Program-made: the position numbers and the translations under genes | Virus record (IMG/VR): IMGVR_UViG_3300025112_004324 | Source: a virus | Length of the DNA stretch: 43,513 nt | Reading direction: 5' to 3' (one strand) | Notes under the pieces: generated by a model | Database searches by the model: none | What the model saw: only the letters and a program-made list of their open reading frames with translations | Told to the model about the DNA's origin: nothing | In this document: in pieces, positions 16,397-25,480 of the stretch | Numbering within the stretch: position 1 is the stretch's first letter | Layout: every line of letters starts with the position of its first letter

Positions 16397-17315
16397 TAAA
16401 TTATCCCATTATTTGTGGGTTGAAAAGTATCGACCTTCCACTTTAGATACTTATATTGGGAACGAGCATCTTAAGAGTAAGGTGTCTTTGTATCTTAAGA
16501 ATGGTGACTTACCACATCTTTTGTTTTATGGAAAACCAGGTACAGGCAAAACCACTATTGCTAAAATACTTGTTAATCATATTGAATGTGATTCTATTTA
16601 TATTAATGCGAGTGATGAAAATAATGTAGATACAATCAGAAATAAAGTAAAGATGTTTGCGTCAACACTTGGGTTTAAAGAATTGAAGATTGTAATTCTT
16701 GATGAGTGTGATTATATAACTCCTAATGCACAAGCTGCACTAAGGAACTTAATGGAAACATTTAGTAGACACTGTAGGTTCATTTTAACTTGTAATTTTG
16801 TTGAGAGAATTATTGATCCCATTCAGAGTAGGTGTCAGTTGTTTCAGACAACACCACCATCTAAACCAGATGTTGCGAAAAGATTGGTAGAAATTCTGGG
16901 AGAAGAAAGTGTAGGATATGAACTTGAGGATTTGAAATTGGTGATTGATTCAGGTTATCCAGATATTCGTAGAGTAATTAATTCTGCTCAACGACAGGTA
17001 GTAGATGGAGTTGTTAAGATAGATAAAGAGAGTTTGTTAGAGAGGGATTATAAATTAAAAGTACTTGAAATATTAAAGACACAAGATAAGAAGAACGCTT
17101 TTAGAAATACAAGACAATTGTTAGCAGACAATCAAGTTAAAGATTTTGCAGATTTATTTAGGTTGTTATATGATAAGGTAGATGAATATGGTAAGGGTCA
17201 TGTAGCAGAATGTATTTTAATAATTGCCAGGTATGAATTATCAGATGCACAAGTTGTGGATAAAGAGATTAATGCTATGGCTATGATTATAGAACTATTA
17301 GGAGCAATAAAATGA
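16389..17315 (+). CDS. Clamp loader AAA+ subunit (RFC small / T4 gp44-like)
   Basis: WVEKYRP, GKPGTGKTT, NASDE, ILDECD, FILTCN and SRC motifs. ATG 16389 follows GAGG. Confidence 0.93.
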   Translation: MTDKLSHYLWVEKYRPSTLDTYIGNEHLKSKVSLYLKNGDLPHLLFYGKPGTGKTTIAKILVNHIECDSIYINASDENNVDTIRNKVKMFASTLGFKELKIVILDECDYITPNAQAALRNLMETFSRHCRFILTCNFVERIIDPIQSRCQLFQTTPPSKPDVAKRLVEILGEESVGYELEDLKLVIDSGYPDIRRVINSAQRQVVDGVVKIDKESLLERDYKLKVLEILKTQDKKNAFRNTRQLLADNQVKDFADLFRLLYDKVDEYGKGHVAECILIIARYELSDAQVVDKEINAMAMIIELLGAIK

Positions 17316-17908
17316 AAGAATATTGGGGAGAAAAAAATCCGGCACCAAAGAAAAATGTAAAACCAGGTGAAGAAAAACATATTTCAGTTTATGAAAATAA
17401 AATATATTATTATTCTGGAGTGAATAGAGAAACGGTAGTTGAATTAAATCACAAACTTAGTGAATTAGAAGCAAAACATCTTACAGTATCTAATGTATTA
17501 GAAATTGATCCACCACCAATTAGATTATTTATAAATTCAGGTGGAGGTTCAATCACTGCTGGTATTGCATCTATGGATACAATTTCAAGATGTAATGTTC
17601 CTGTATACACTTTTGTAGATGGATTTTGTGCAAGTGCAGCTACATTTCTTTCAGTAGTAGGCAAGAAAAGATTTATGAGTAAAAATTCATATATGTTAAT
17701 TCATCAATTATCTTCACAATTGTGGGGAAAGTATTCTGAAATAGAGGATGAGAAAAAGAATTTAGATTTGATGATGGAAACTATTAGAACTGTATATACA
17801 GAACATACTAAAGTTCCAACAGAAGAATTAGATGAAATATTGAAACATGATTTACTTTGGGATGCCAAAAAGTGTCTTGAATATGGATTAGTAGATGAAA
17901 TTATATAG
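17312..17908 (+). CDS. ClpP-like serine protease subunit
   Basis: LFINSGGGS, CASAA (catalytic Ser), MLIHQ (catalytic His), WDAKKCLEYGLVDEI. Confidence 0.85.
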   Translation: MKEYWGEKNPAPKKNVKPGEEKHISVYENKIYYYSGVNRETVVELNHKLSELEAKHLTVSNVLEIDPPPIRLFINSGGGSITAGIASMDTISRCNVPVYTFVDGFCASAATFLSVVGKKRFMSKNSYMLIHQLSSQLWGKYSEIEDEKKNLDLMMETIRTVYTEHTKVPTEELDEILKHDLLWDAKKCLEYGLVDEII

Positions 17909-17917
17909 AGGAATGCA

Positions 17918-18184
17918 ATGAGTAATTATCAAACAGTAAAAAATGAATTTGAACGGTTATTTGAAGTATATAGTATACCGAAACCTAAAACAATACGAGA
18001 AGCATTACCAACAGACCCTTGTGATGTAACAGATCCACCAGGTGAAGTTAGAATAAATGATCTAGACTGTGATGATGTTTATCAAGCCCGACATTTATTC
18101 GGGCATTATTTAGCTGATTTACATGCAATAGATGATGAGAAGTCAGATTTGGTTGCGGATACCATTGCTGATATGATTAAATAA
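17918..18184 (+). CDS. Hypothetical protein
   Basis: 88 aa ORF with GAGG RBS, in the operon; no motif recognised. Confidence 0.6.
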   Translation: MSNYQTVKNEFERLFEVYSIPKPKTIREALPTDPCDVTDPPGEVRINDLDCDDVYQARHLFGHYLADLHAIDDEKSDLVADTIADMIK

Positions 18185-18208
18185 TTTAAGAGATGAGGTA
18201 ATAAAATA

Positions 18209-18457
18209 ATGCAGAAATTAACACAATCATCAAACTCTGAAGTTAATGTAGATATATCTAAGGCAGAGACTTTGGAATGTAAAAAGTGCAATAACAATGT
18301 ATTTCTTCTTACATATATTATTAAGAGAATATCGCCAATAATGTCACCGACAGGACAAGAAGCTGTAGTTCCAGTTCAAGTTTATTCTTGTGGTAGTTGT
18401 GGAGAAATTATGGAGATATATAAAAATCTAGTGGAGACTGAGGATGCCGATTTATGA
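18209..18457 (+). CDS. Small zinc-ribbon protein
   Basis: CKKC...CGSC pairs; GAGG RBS. Confidence 0.7.
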   Translation: MQKLTQSSNSEVNVDISKAETLECKKCNNNVFLLTYIIKRISPIMSPTGQEAVVPVQVYSCGSCGEIMEIYKNLVETEDADL

Positions 18458-18752
18458 GTATGTTTGTCCTAATTGTGGACACGAAGAAGAAGTTTTACAG
18501 AAAGTAGATGATAAGGCTCCAGACTGCCCTGATTGTGTAGAGTTAAAAAGTTTACCATTTTATAGTATTGAAAGAGTGGTAACTGAAATGAGAAGGAAAA
18601 TTTCAAAACCCGCAGTTATATTTAAAGGAACAGGATTTTATGAAACCGATTACAAGAAAAAACCAGAACCGAAGGAAGATAAACCAAAAAAAGAAGATAA
18701 AAAGCAAGAATCTGTTTCATCACCTAAAAAATCTGACGGAGATTCAGAATAA
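18444..18752 (+). CDS. FmdB-family zinc-ribbon protein
   Basis: MPIYEYVCPNCG...CPDC...FKGTGFYETDY signature; low-complexity charged tail. Confidence 0.85.
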   Translation: MPIYEYVCPNCGHEEEVLQKVDDKAPDCPDCVELKSLPFYSIERVVTEMRRKISKPAVIFKGTGFYETDYKKKPEPKEDKPKKEDKKQESVSSPKKSDGDSE

Positions 18753-19140
18753 AAATTATTGGGAATTTCTAACAGAAGGAGATAAGAAAACTTGGTCAAA
18801 TTATATGATAAATCGTTTCTTATCTATGAAGGTGGAATGGGTAGATTTTGTAAATGAAATTCAGAAATATCCAATATCACCAAAAGATTTATATAGATTG
18901 TATATTGATATTTTACCAAAAGGGAAGCAGTGGCTTCGTTATGTTAAAGGGAGAAAAGAGATGGAATATCCACAGTGGTTGCTTGAATTAGTTTCAAAAC
19001 ATTTTAGCGTCAGTAATTTAGAATCAGAAGAATATGTTGATAGATATTATATGACCGAACAGGGAAAGGCTGAGTTATATTCTCTTCTTGAAAGTTATGG
19101 AACTGATCCAAGACAAATTGAAACTTTACATTTGAGATGA
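18640..19140 (+). CDS. Probable clamp loader small subunit (gp62-like); start uncertain
   Basis: WSNYMINRFLSM and LPKGKQWLRYVK-type helical protein near the gp44/gp45 homologues. The call is mainly from context. Confidence 0.5.
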   Translation: MKPITRKNQNRRKINQKKKIKSKNLFHHLKNLTEIQNKNYWEFLTEGDKKTWSNYMINRFLSMKVEWVDFVNEIQKYPISPKDLYRLYIDILPKGKQWLRYVKGRKEMEYPQWLLELVSKHFSVSNLESEEYVDRYYMTEQGKAELYSLLESYGTDPRQIETLHLR

Positions 19141-20225
19141 AACAAGTTGATTATGAAGTTCTATCTAAATTTACAGAGTATGATAAAGAAGATTTAGAAT
19201 TTTATAAGGTTACAAATAATATAAATACTATAAATATAGATTATGGTGTTGAAGTAATCTTTGATTATTATCGAAGGCATGGATTCCCACATTACAGTAT
19301 AACAGAACAAGAAAAGCATCAACACATGAAGAAACTTAGGAAGTTTGATGTTAATACTATTTTTATAGATAATCAAATTATTCAGACTATGCACTGTTTA
19401 AGATTAGCTTGGTCATATTTTCCATTTTTTTGGGAAATTAGATGTGGTGACGCAATGAAATCACCAATGGAAACTTTTAATGATGATGATAAATTTAAAT
19501 CTACAATTAGGAAGGCCTGGAAGTGGCAAATGAAACATGGTAATGATGAAGAGGAAGAAGTGGAAAGAAATATATTTCGTGAAAATAGGTTACGACAATC
19601 ACTTAAAATATATACAGGCACTCAATCAGTATCTAATTTTAGACCAACAGCAGCCAAACTAATATATGAGAAGTATGGTGGTGGTGGAGTTATAAGAGAT
19701 ATGTCAAGTGGTTGGGGCGGACGGTTATTGGGGTTTTTAGCATCATCAAATACTAAACATTATATTGGAACTGAACCTGCCACGAGGACATATAATGGGT
19801 TATTAGAAATGAAAAAAGATTTTACATATCTAAATAAGAAAGTTGATATTTATATGAAAGGAAGTGAAGATTTTGTTTCTGAAAAAGAATCACTCGATTT
19901 ATGTTTTACTTCACCACCTTATTTCGATACGGAAAAGTATTCCGATGAGCTCACACAAAGTTATATTAAGTATCCATCAGAAGATAAGTGGGAGAATGGA
20001 TTTTTAAGAAAGACTATAGAGAATTGTTATTATGGATTAAAAAAAGGTGGTTATATGTTATATAATATCGCAAATACACCTAAGTATAAATTTATAGAAG
20101 ATGCAACTGTTAAAATTTCTAAAGAATTAGGATTTAAACAAGAAGAAACTCTCCAATTAACTTTATCTTCAGTTATGGGAGCTGGATATAAATATGAGCC
20201 AATTTTTGTTTTTAAAAAGGAGTAA
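19137..20225 (+). CDS. Second putative amino-DNA methyltransferase, paralog of 15185..16396
   Basis: FRPTAAKLIY; motif I DMSSGWGG; YIGTE; motif IV FTSPPYF; LKKGGYMLYN. Confidence 0.7.
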   Translation: MKQVDYEVLSKFTEYDKEDLEFYKVTNNINTINIDYGVEVIFDYYRRHGFPHYSITEQEKHQHMKKLRKFDVNTIFIDNQIIQTMHCLRLAWSYFPFFWEIRCGDAMKSPMETFNDDDKFKSTIRKAWKWQMKHGNDEEEEVERNIFRENRLRQSLKIYTGTQSVSNFRPTAAKLIYEKYGGGGVIRDMSSGWGGRLLGFLASSNTKHYIGTEPATRTYNGLLEMKKDFTYLNKKVDIYMKGSEDFVSEKESLDLCFTSPPYFDTEKYSDELTQSYIKYPSEDKWENGFLRKTIENCYYGLKKGGYMLYNIANTPKYKFIEDATVKISKELGFKQEETLQLTLSSVMGAGYKYEPIFVFKKE

Positions 20226-20228
20226 ATA

Positions 20229-20630
20229 GTGAAAGTTATAAAAGAAAGTAGTAAGAAGAAATCTTATCCGAAAAAGAAAGTCAAAAAGGAAAATTTAAGT
20301 CCAGCAGAACATTTGGAATTACATTATCCAATAATGACTCGTGAGTTTAAGAGATTACAACAGGAGGATTACGACTTGTTTTGTAAAAAACAATATGATT
20401 ACGGTCCTTCAAATATTGCAATGGGTACTACATTAGAAAATGAAGAAGATGTTAAATTGTCTACAACTGGGTTGGTAGTACGAATAAATGATAAGGTTAA
20501 TAGATTAATAAATTTAACTGTGAAGTCAGATAGAGAAGGAGTTACGGAATCTGTGAAGGATTCATTTCAAGATTTAACAAATTATAGTATTATGGCAAGA
20601 GTAGTTAGAAACGGAAAATGGGGAAAGTAA
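20229..20630 (+). CDS. DUF1599 / nucleotide-modification-associated domain protein
   Basis: KKQYDYG...RINDKVNRL...DSFQDLTNYSIM...GKW pattern. Confidence 0.75.
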   Translation: MKVIKESSKKKSYPKKKVKKENLSPAEHLELHYPIMTREFKRLQQEDYDLFCKKQYDYGPSNIAMGTTLENEEDVKLSTTGLVVRINDKVNRLINLTVKSDREGVTESVKDSFQDLTNYSIMARVVRNGKWGK

Positions 20631-21493
20631 TATCATATAGCCAATTTTCACAATGGGCTGCATGTCCTTATCGATGGAAACTGAATTACATAGATGAGCG
20701 CAGGGAGTTTGCTGGAAATATACATACTTTATTTGGAACAAGTATGCATGAAGTATTACAGAAATATCTTACTGTTATGTATACAGAAACTGCAAAGAAA
20801 GCAGACAGTTTAAATTTAGAGTCTATGTTAGAAGATAGAATGAAGGTGAATTTTTTGAAAATTAAAGAGGAGTCTGGAGAAGAATGTTGTAATAGACAAG
20901 ATATGGCAGAATTTTATTCAGATGGAATATCCTTTTTAAAATGGTTTGTTAGCCGTAGGGGGCAGTATTTTCAAAAAAGGGGTTATGAATTACTTGGAAC
21001 AGAAATAGCTATTAATTATGATTTGCCTGGAAATATAAGATTTAGAGGGTTTATAGATTTAATTTTATTTGATTCAACTGAAAGTAGATTGAAAATTTAT
21101 GATATAAAAACTTCTACTATGGGGTGGAATAAATATATAAAAAAAGATAGGAACAAAACAGATCAATTATTATTATACAAACAGTTTTATTCAAAACAAT
21201 TTGATTTTCCTATTAATAGAATTGATGTGGAGTTTTTTATAGTAAAGAGAAAATTATATGAGAATGTATCTTTTCCACAAAAAAGAGTTCAACAATTTTC
21301 ACCAGCAAGTGGAACTCCAAGTTTAAATAAGGTATCATTGAGATTAAGTGAATTTATTAAAGAGTGTTTTACTGACGATGGACAATATAATATGGAACAT
21401 ATTTATAGAAAAGAAGCATCTAAGAAAAATTGTAGGTTTTGTGAGTTTAGAGAAATGCCAGAGTTATGTGATGCGAATTATAATAGGAGATAG
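20618..21493 (+). CDS. PD-(D/E)XK nuclease, Cas4/AddB-like with probable Fe-S cysteines
   Basis: SYSQ..W..CP; FGTSMHE; GFIDL; YDIKT; QLLLY; C-terminal CRFCEFREMPELC. Confidence 0.85.
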   Translation: MGKVISYSQFSQWAACPYRWKLNYIDERREFAGNIHTLFGTSMHEVLQKYLTVMYTETAKKADSLNLESMLEDRMKVNFLKIKEESGEECCNRQDMAEFYSDGISFLKWFVSRRGQYFQKRGYELLGTEIAINYDLPGNIRFRGFIDLILFDSTESRLKIYDIKTSTMGWNKYIKKDRNKTDQLLLYKQFYSKQFDFPINRIDVEFFIVKRKLYENVSFPQKRVQQFSPASGTPSLNKVSLRLSEFIKECFTDDGQYNMEHIYRKEASKKNCRFCEFREMPELCDANYNRR

Positions 21494-21495
21494 TT

Positions 21496-21969
21496 ATGTA
21501 TCGAAACTTCAATAGTCACGTGAAATTATCTGTCAGATTGAAATTATCAGATTTTATTGGAACTGAAAAAGAAGAAGACGTTATGAATAAGATAAGTTCA
21601 ATTTGGGACGATTTACATTTTCCATTTATGTTATACCTGTGGTATGAAGAAGACAAAGATATTTCACACGATATTTTGAAAAAATTTATAAAGAAGTGGG
21701 AAGGGAGTTTACATTATAAAACAAAGATTAAACCAGCCAATACTCAAACGTATAATGAATTTACGTGGTTTAATATTGTAAATTCTTGGGATGCCGATCC
21801 AAAACACAATTTTAGATTTCAGTATATCTATGCTGAAAATGATGTAGATGATTTGTTGAACGGCTTGGAAGAATTTTATAAAGCTGCTAAATTTTCAATA
21901 TCACCGAAACCATCCAAAAAAGTTCAGAAGAGGAATGATTATGAAGAAAGTCGGCATAGTAGGCAGTAG
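21496..21969 (+). CDS. Hypothetical protein
   Basis: 157 aa ORF with GGAG RBS; no motif recognised. Confidence 0.65.
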   Translation: MYRNFNSHVKLSVRLKLSDFIGTEKEEDVMNKISSIWDDLHFPFMLYLWYEEDKDISHDILKKFIKKWEGSLHYKTKIKPANTQTYNEFTWFNIVNSWDADPKHNFRFQYIYAENDVDDLLNGLEEFYKAAKFSISPKPSKKVQKRNDYEESRHSRQ

Positions 21970-22345
21970 AAAATATACTAATAAAAGAAAGATAAAGGAT
22001 TTCATCTTCGACTTAAAGGAAAAGTTTGGAGACGAGGTAGAAGTTGTGAGTGGTGGTCAACCATTAGGAGCAGATGGTTACGCTAAGAAGTTTGCACTTG
22101 AATTTGGAGTTACATATAGAGAATTTCCACCAGCTCATTATTCTTATAATATGCATTGTGTATTGAACGAGAAAAATTATGGAAAACGGTATTATGTAAG
22201 TAATTTTTTTACAAGAAACAAACAGATAGCAGAATATAGTGATGTTATTGTTGCATTCATTCCAACGGGAGAGGAATCTAGGGGAACTATGAATACAGTT
22301 GGACATGCTAAGCGAATGAATAAAAAAGTTGTAATAATGGATTAA
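21941..22345 (+). CDS. SLOG superfamily (DprA/YspA-like) nucleotide-binding protein
   Basis: GIVGSR, VVSGG..GAD, RNKQIA.YSD and SRGT motifs. Confidence 0.75.
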   Translation: MKKVGIVGSRKYTNKRKIKDFIFDLKEKFGDEVEVVSGGQPLGADGYAKKFALEFGVTYREFPPAHYSYNMHCVLNEKNYGKRYYVSNFFTRNKQIAEYSDVIVAFIPTGEESRGTMNTVGHAKRMNKKVVIMD

Positions 22346-22348
22346 ATA

Positions 22349-22366
22349 GATATATATGTATATATC
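22349..22366 (+). promoter_or_regulatory. Inverted repeat GATATATA-TG-TATATATC (promoter/operator candidate)
   Basis: Perfect 8-bp arms around a 2-nt centre, just upstream of the GGAG RBS of 22380; core identical to 14427-14442. Confidence 0.5.
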
Positions 22367-22379
22367 GGAGACTTAAAAT

Positions 22380-22574
22380 ATGGATATTACTAAGCTAACT
22401 ACGGTTAAGGTTTTAGAAGAGTTATATAAGAACTTTAAATCTGTTGGGCTAACATATGAATTTACTCTCCAAAAACTTGTCAATAGAACTATGGATTTAT
22501 ATGTTAAAGACAAAGAGTATAGAGAGAAAATTCACGAATATGATAATTTGACAGCTAGTGGCAGTAGGTTTTAA
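22380..22574 (+). CDS. Small putative ribbon-helix-helix DNA-binding protein
   Basis: Alternating beta-strand LTTVKV, then helices EELYKNFK and LQKLVNRTMDLYV. Confidence 0.55.
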   Translation: MDITKLTTVKVLEELYKNFKSVGLTYEFTLQKLVNRTMDLYVKDKEYREKIHEYDNLTASGSRF

Positions 22575-22591
22575 TTGAAATGGATGGAGCT

Positions 22592-22735
22592 ATGAAGAAT
22601 ACTGGAAGTATGACAAACAATAAAAATGTTGAGAGATTATTAAATAATATACTTAGAGTATTGATTAGAATTGAAAAACATCTACTCAAGGATGAACCTA
22701 AAAAAGAAGATACTAAACAGTTATTAATTGATTAA
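22592..22735 (+). CDS. Small hypothetical protein (47 aa, absent from the ORF track)
   Basis: GGAG RBS; MKNTGSMTNNKNVERLLNIILRVLIRIEKHLLKDEPKKEDTKQLLID*; fills the gap. Confidence 0.5.
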   Translation: MKNTGSMTNNKNVERLLNNILRVLIRIEKHLLKDEPKKEDTKQLLID

Positions 22736-22749
22736 ATAAAGAGGTTTTT

Positions 22750-24153
22750 ATGGCAAAACGGAAAATTTTGTTGATGTCAGATGATTTAAGAATGTCATCT
22801 GGAGTTGGAACAGTTTCACGAGAGGTTGTATTTGGAACATTAGATCATTACGATTGGTTTCAGGTCGGTGGGGCTATAAATCATCCAGAAGAAGGCAAGC
22901 TTGTTGATTTAAGTGAAGAACTCCAAAAAGACACAGGAATAAAAGATGCTTATTTGAAGATATTTCCTGTTAGTGGTTATGGCAATCAAGAACTTGCACG
23001 AGATATAATTGCGGAAGAAAAACCAGATGCAATTCTACATTACACCGACCCAAGATTTTGGGGTTGGTTGTATCAAATGGAACATGAAATTAGGCAGCAG
23101 ATGCCTATTTTTTATTATAATGTATGGGATGATTTACCGTATCCAAGATATAATGAATTCTTTTATGAGTCATGTGATTTGATTATGAATTTATCTAAAC
23201 AAACTTGGAACATAGTTAATAATTGTGCAGTAAAGAAACCAAGAACAGATTGGGATTGTACTTATATTCCACACGGAATAAATGATACCCAGTTTTACAA
23301 AATTTCAGAGTTACACGATGAGTGGGATGAGTTTGAAAATTTTAGAAATAATGCACTTAAGGATATGGATATAAATTTTATTGTTTTGTGGAATAGTAGA
23401 AATATTCGTAGAAAAGTACCAGGTGATGTAGTATTAGCTTATAAAACATTTTGTGATATGTTACCAAAAGAAGATGCAGACAAATGTGCATTAGTTATGC
23501 ACACTCAGCCTGTTGATGAAAATGGAACTGATTTACCTGCACTTGTTTCTGCTGTGTGTTCTGATTATAAAGTTTTCTTTTCGGAAGATAAGTTAGATAA
23601 TAAACATATGAATTTTCTTTATAATATGGCAGATGTTACTATGTTAATTTCATCTAATGAAGGATTTGGATTAAGTCCTGCAGAATCTCATATGGCAGAA
23701 ACTCCAACTATATTGAATGTTACAGGTGGACCACAAGACCAATGTGGTTTTAGATTGAAAGGTGAATTGTTATTAGAGAAACATTATAGTGAAATCCATT
23801 CTTTACACGATGATAGAAAGTGGAAGAATAATCCAGATTTAACTCACGGAGATTGGGTAAAGCCAGTTTGGCCTTCAAATAGATCTCTTGTAGGTTCAGT
23901 TCCAACACCATACATTTTTGATGACAGGTGTAGATTTGATGATGTAGCGGATAGACTTAAAGAATGGTATGATACATCAATAGAAGAAAGAGAACGGTGT
24001 GGAGCACTTGCAAGAGAATTTGTAATGGATCCAAAAGTCGGACAATCAGTTGGAGAAATGTGTAGGAGATTTAAAGCTGATATGGACAGAGTATTTGATA
24101 AATGGAAGCCGAGAAAAAGGTTTACCTTATTTGGAACACAGGAGATAATATGA
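22750..24153 (+). CDS. GT-B (GT4-like) glycosyltransferase
   Basis: SDDLRMSSGVGT; IPHGI; RNIRRK; SNEGFGLSPAE. Confidence 0.85.
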   Translation: MAKRKILLMSDDLRMSSGVGTVSREVVFGTLDHYDWFQVGGAINHPEEGKLVDLSEELQKDTGIKDAYLKIFPVSGYGNQELARDIIAEEKPDAILHYTDPRFWGWLYQMEHEIRQQMPIFYYNVWDDLPYPRYNEFFYESCDLIMNLSKQTWNIVNNCAVKKPRTDWDCTYIPHGINDTQFYKISELHDEWDEFENFRNNALKDMDINFIVLWNSRNIRRKVPGDVVLAYKTFCDMLPKEDADKCALVMHTQPVDENGTDLPALVSAVCSDYKVFFSEDKLDNKHMNFLYNMADVTMLISSNEGFGLSPAESHMAETPTILNVTGGPQDQCGFRLKGELLLEKHYSEIHSLHDDRKWKNNPDLTHGDWVKPVWPSNRSLVGSVPTPYIFDDRCRFDDVADRLKEWYDTSIEERERCGALAREFVMDPKVGQSVGEMCRRFKADMDRVFDKWKPRKRFTLFGTQEII

Positions 24154-25478
24154 GTGATAAACCGTTAGTTTTAGTTACAGCACCAGTTGCTACGAGAAGT
24201 GGTTATGGTTCACACAGTAGAGATATTGTTCGTTCATTAATTGCAATGGATAAGTATGATATAAAGATTTTCCCGGTCAGGTGGGGAGCTACACCGATGA
24301 ATGCTTTGAACAAAAAGGATCCTAATGATAAAGTTATTATTGATAGATTATTAGAGAATCCTAATTTACCTAAACAACCTGACATTCATATTCACATTGT
24401 AATTCCAAATGAATTCGGTCCAATAGGAAAATACAATATCGGAATTACAGCTGGAATAGAAACTAATATATGTATTCCGCAGTGGATTGAAGGTATGAAT
24501 AGAATGGATTTAGTTATAGTTCCATCTAAGTTTACTAAAGAAGTTTTGGAATCAACATCGTATGAACAACGAGATAAAGAAACAAATCAAAAAGTTGGAG
24601 ATTTAACTTGTCAAAAGCCCATTGAAGTTTTGTTTGAAGGAACAGATACTAATATTTATAAAAAGACTGATGAATTTTCTAAGGAGTTGGTTACTGAGTT
24701 GGATAAAATACCAGAGGATTTTGTGTTTTTATATGTTGGACATTGGTTAAATGGAACATTAGGACAAGATAGAAAAGATGTTGGTATGTTGATAAAGACG
24801 TTCTTGGAAACATTTAAGAATAAATCAAAACAACCAGCACTATTACTAAAGACAAGTGGGGCCAGTTTTTCAGTTTTGGATAGAGAAGATATTTTGAATA
24901 AAATAGAACAAATCAAAGTTACAGTTAAGGGTGATTTACCTAGTATTTATCTTTTACACGGCGATTTAACTGATGAAGAAATGAATGGATTATATAACCA
25001 CCCTAAAGTTAAAGTTCATACTTCATTTACAAAGGGAGAAGGATTTGGGAGGCCATTGTTGGAAGCAACTTTAAGTGAAAAACCAGTAATGGCGTCTAAT
25101 TGGAGTGGACATTTAGATTTTCTATCAAAGGATTTGGCTATTCTTTTACCAGGTGAGTTGACTGAGGTTCATAAATCAGCACTTAATGAAGATTTTATGG
25201 TAGAAAAGTCGAAATGGTTTAGTGTTAATTATCCATATGCATCTAAAATATTATTTGAAGTTTATAAGAATTATAAGAAATACAGACTTAACGCAAAGAA
25301 ACTAGCTGTTGCGAATAGAGGTAACTTTTCATTAAAGGCTATGACTAAAAAATTTGAGAAAATCTTGAATGATTATGTTCCAGAGTTTCCGAAGGAAGTG
25401 AAGCTTAATCTTCCCAAGTTAAAGAAGACAGGGAAAACAACAAGTGGAATTAAACTACCAAAATTAAAAAGAGTGTAG
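24150..25478 (+). CDS. GT-B (GT4-like) glycosyltransferase
   Basis: SGYG; FLYVG; RKDV; KGEGFGRPLLEA; SNWSGHLDF. ATG 24150 follows GGAG. Confidence 0.85.
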   Translation: MSDKPLVLVTAPVATRSGYGSHSRDIVRSLIAMDKYDIKIFPVRWGATPMNALNKKDPNDKVIIDRLLENPNLPKQPDIHIHIVIPNEFGPIGKYNIGITAGIETNICIPQWIEGMNRMDLVIVPSKFTKEVLESTSYEQRDKETNQKVGDLTCQKPIEVLFEGTDTNIYKKTDEFSKELVTELDKIPEDFVFLYVGHWLNGTLGQDRKDVGMLIKTFLETFKNKSKQPALLLKTSGASFSVLDREDILNKIEQIKVTVKGDLPSIYLLHGDLTDEEMNGLYNHPKVKVHTSFTKGEGFGRPLLEATLSEKPVMASNWSGHLDFLSKDLAILLPGELTEVHKSALNEDFMVEKSKWFSVNYPYASKILFEVYKNYKKYRLNAKKLAVANRGNFSLKAMTKKFEKILNDYVPEFPKEVKLNLPKLKKTGKTTSGIKLPKLKRV

Positions 25479-25480
25479 TT

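Noticed and set aside
20618-21493. CRISPR-Cas locus suggested by the Cas4-like nuclease
   Set aside because: No repeat-spacer array and no other cas genes in the window.
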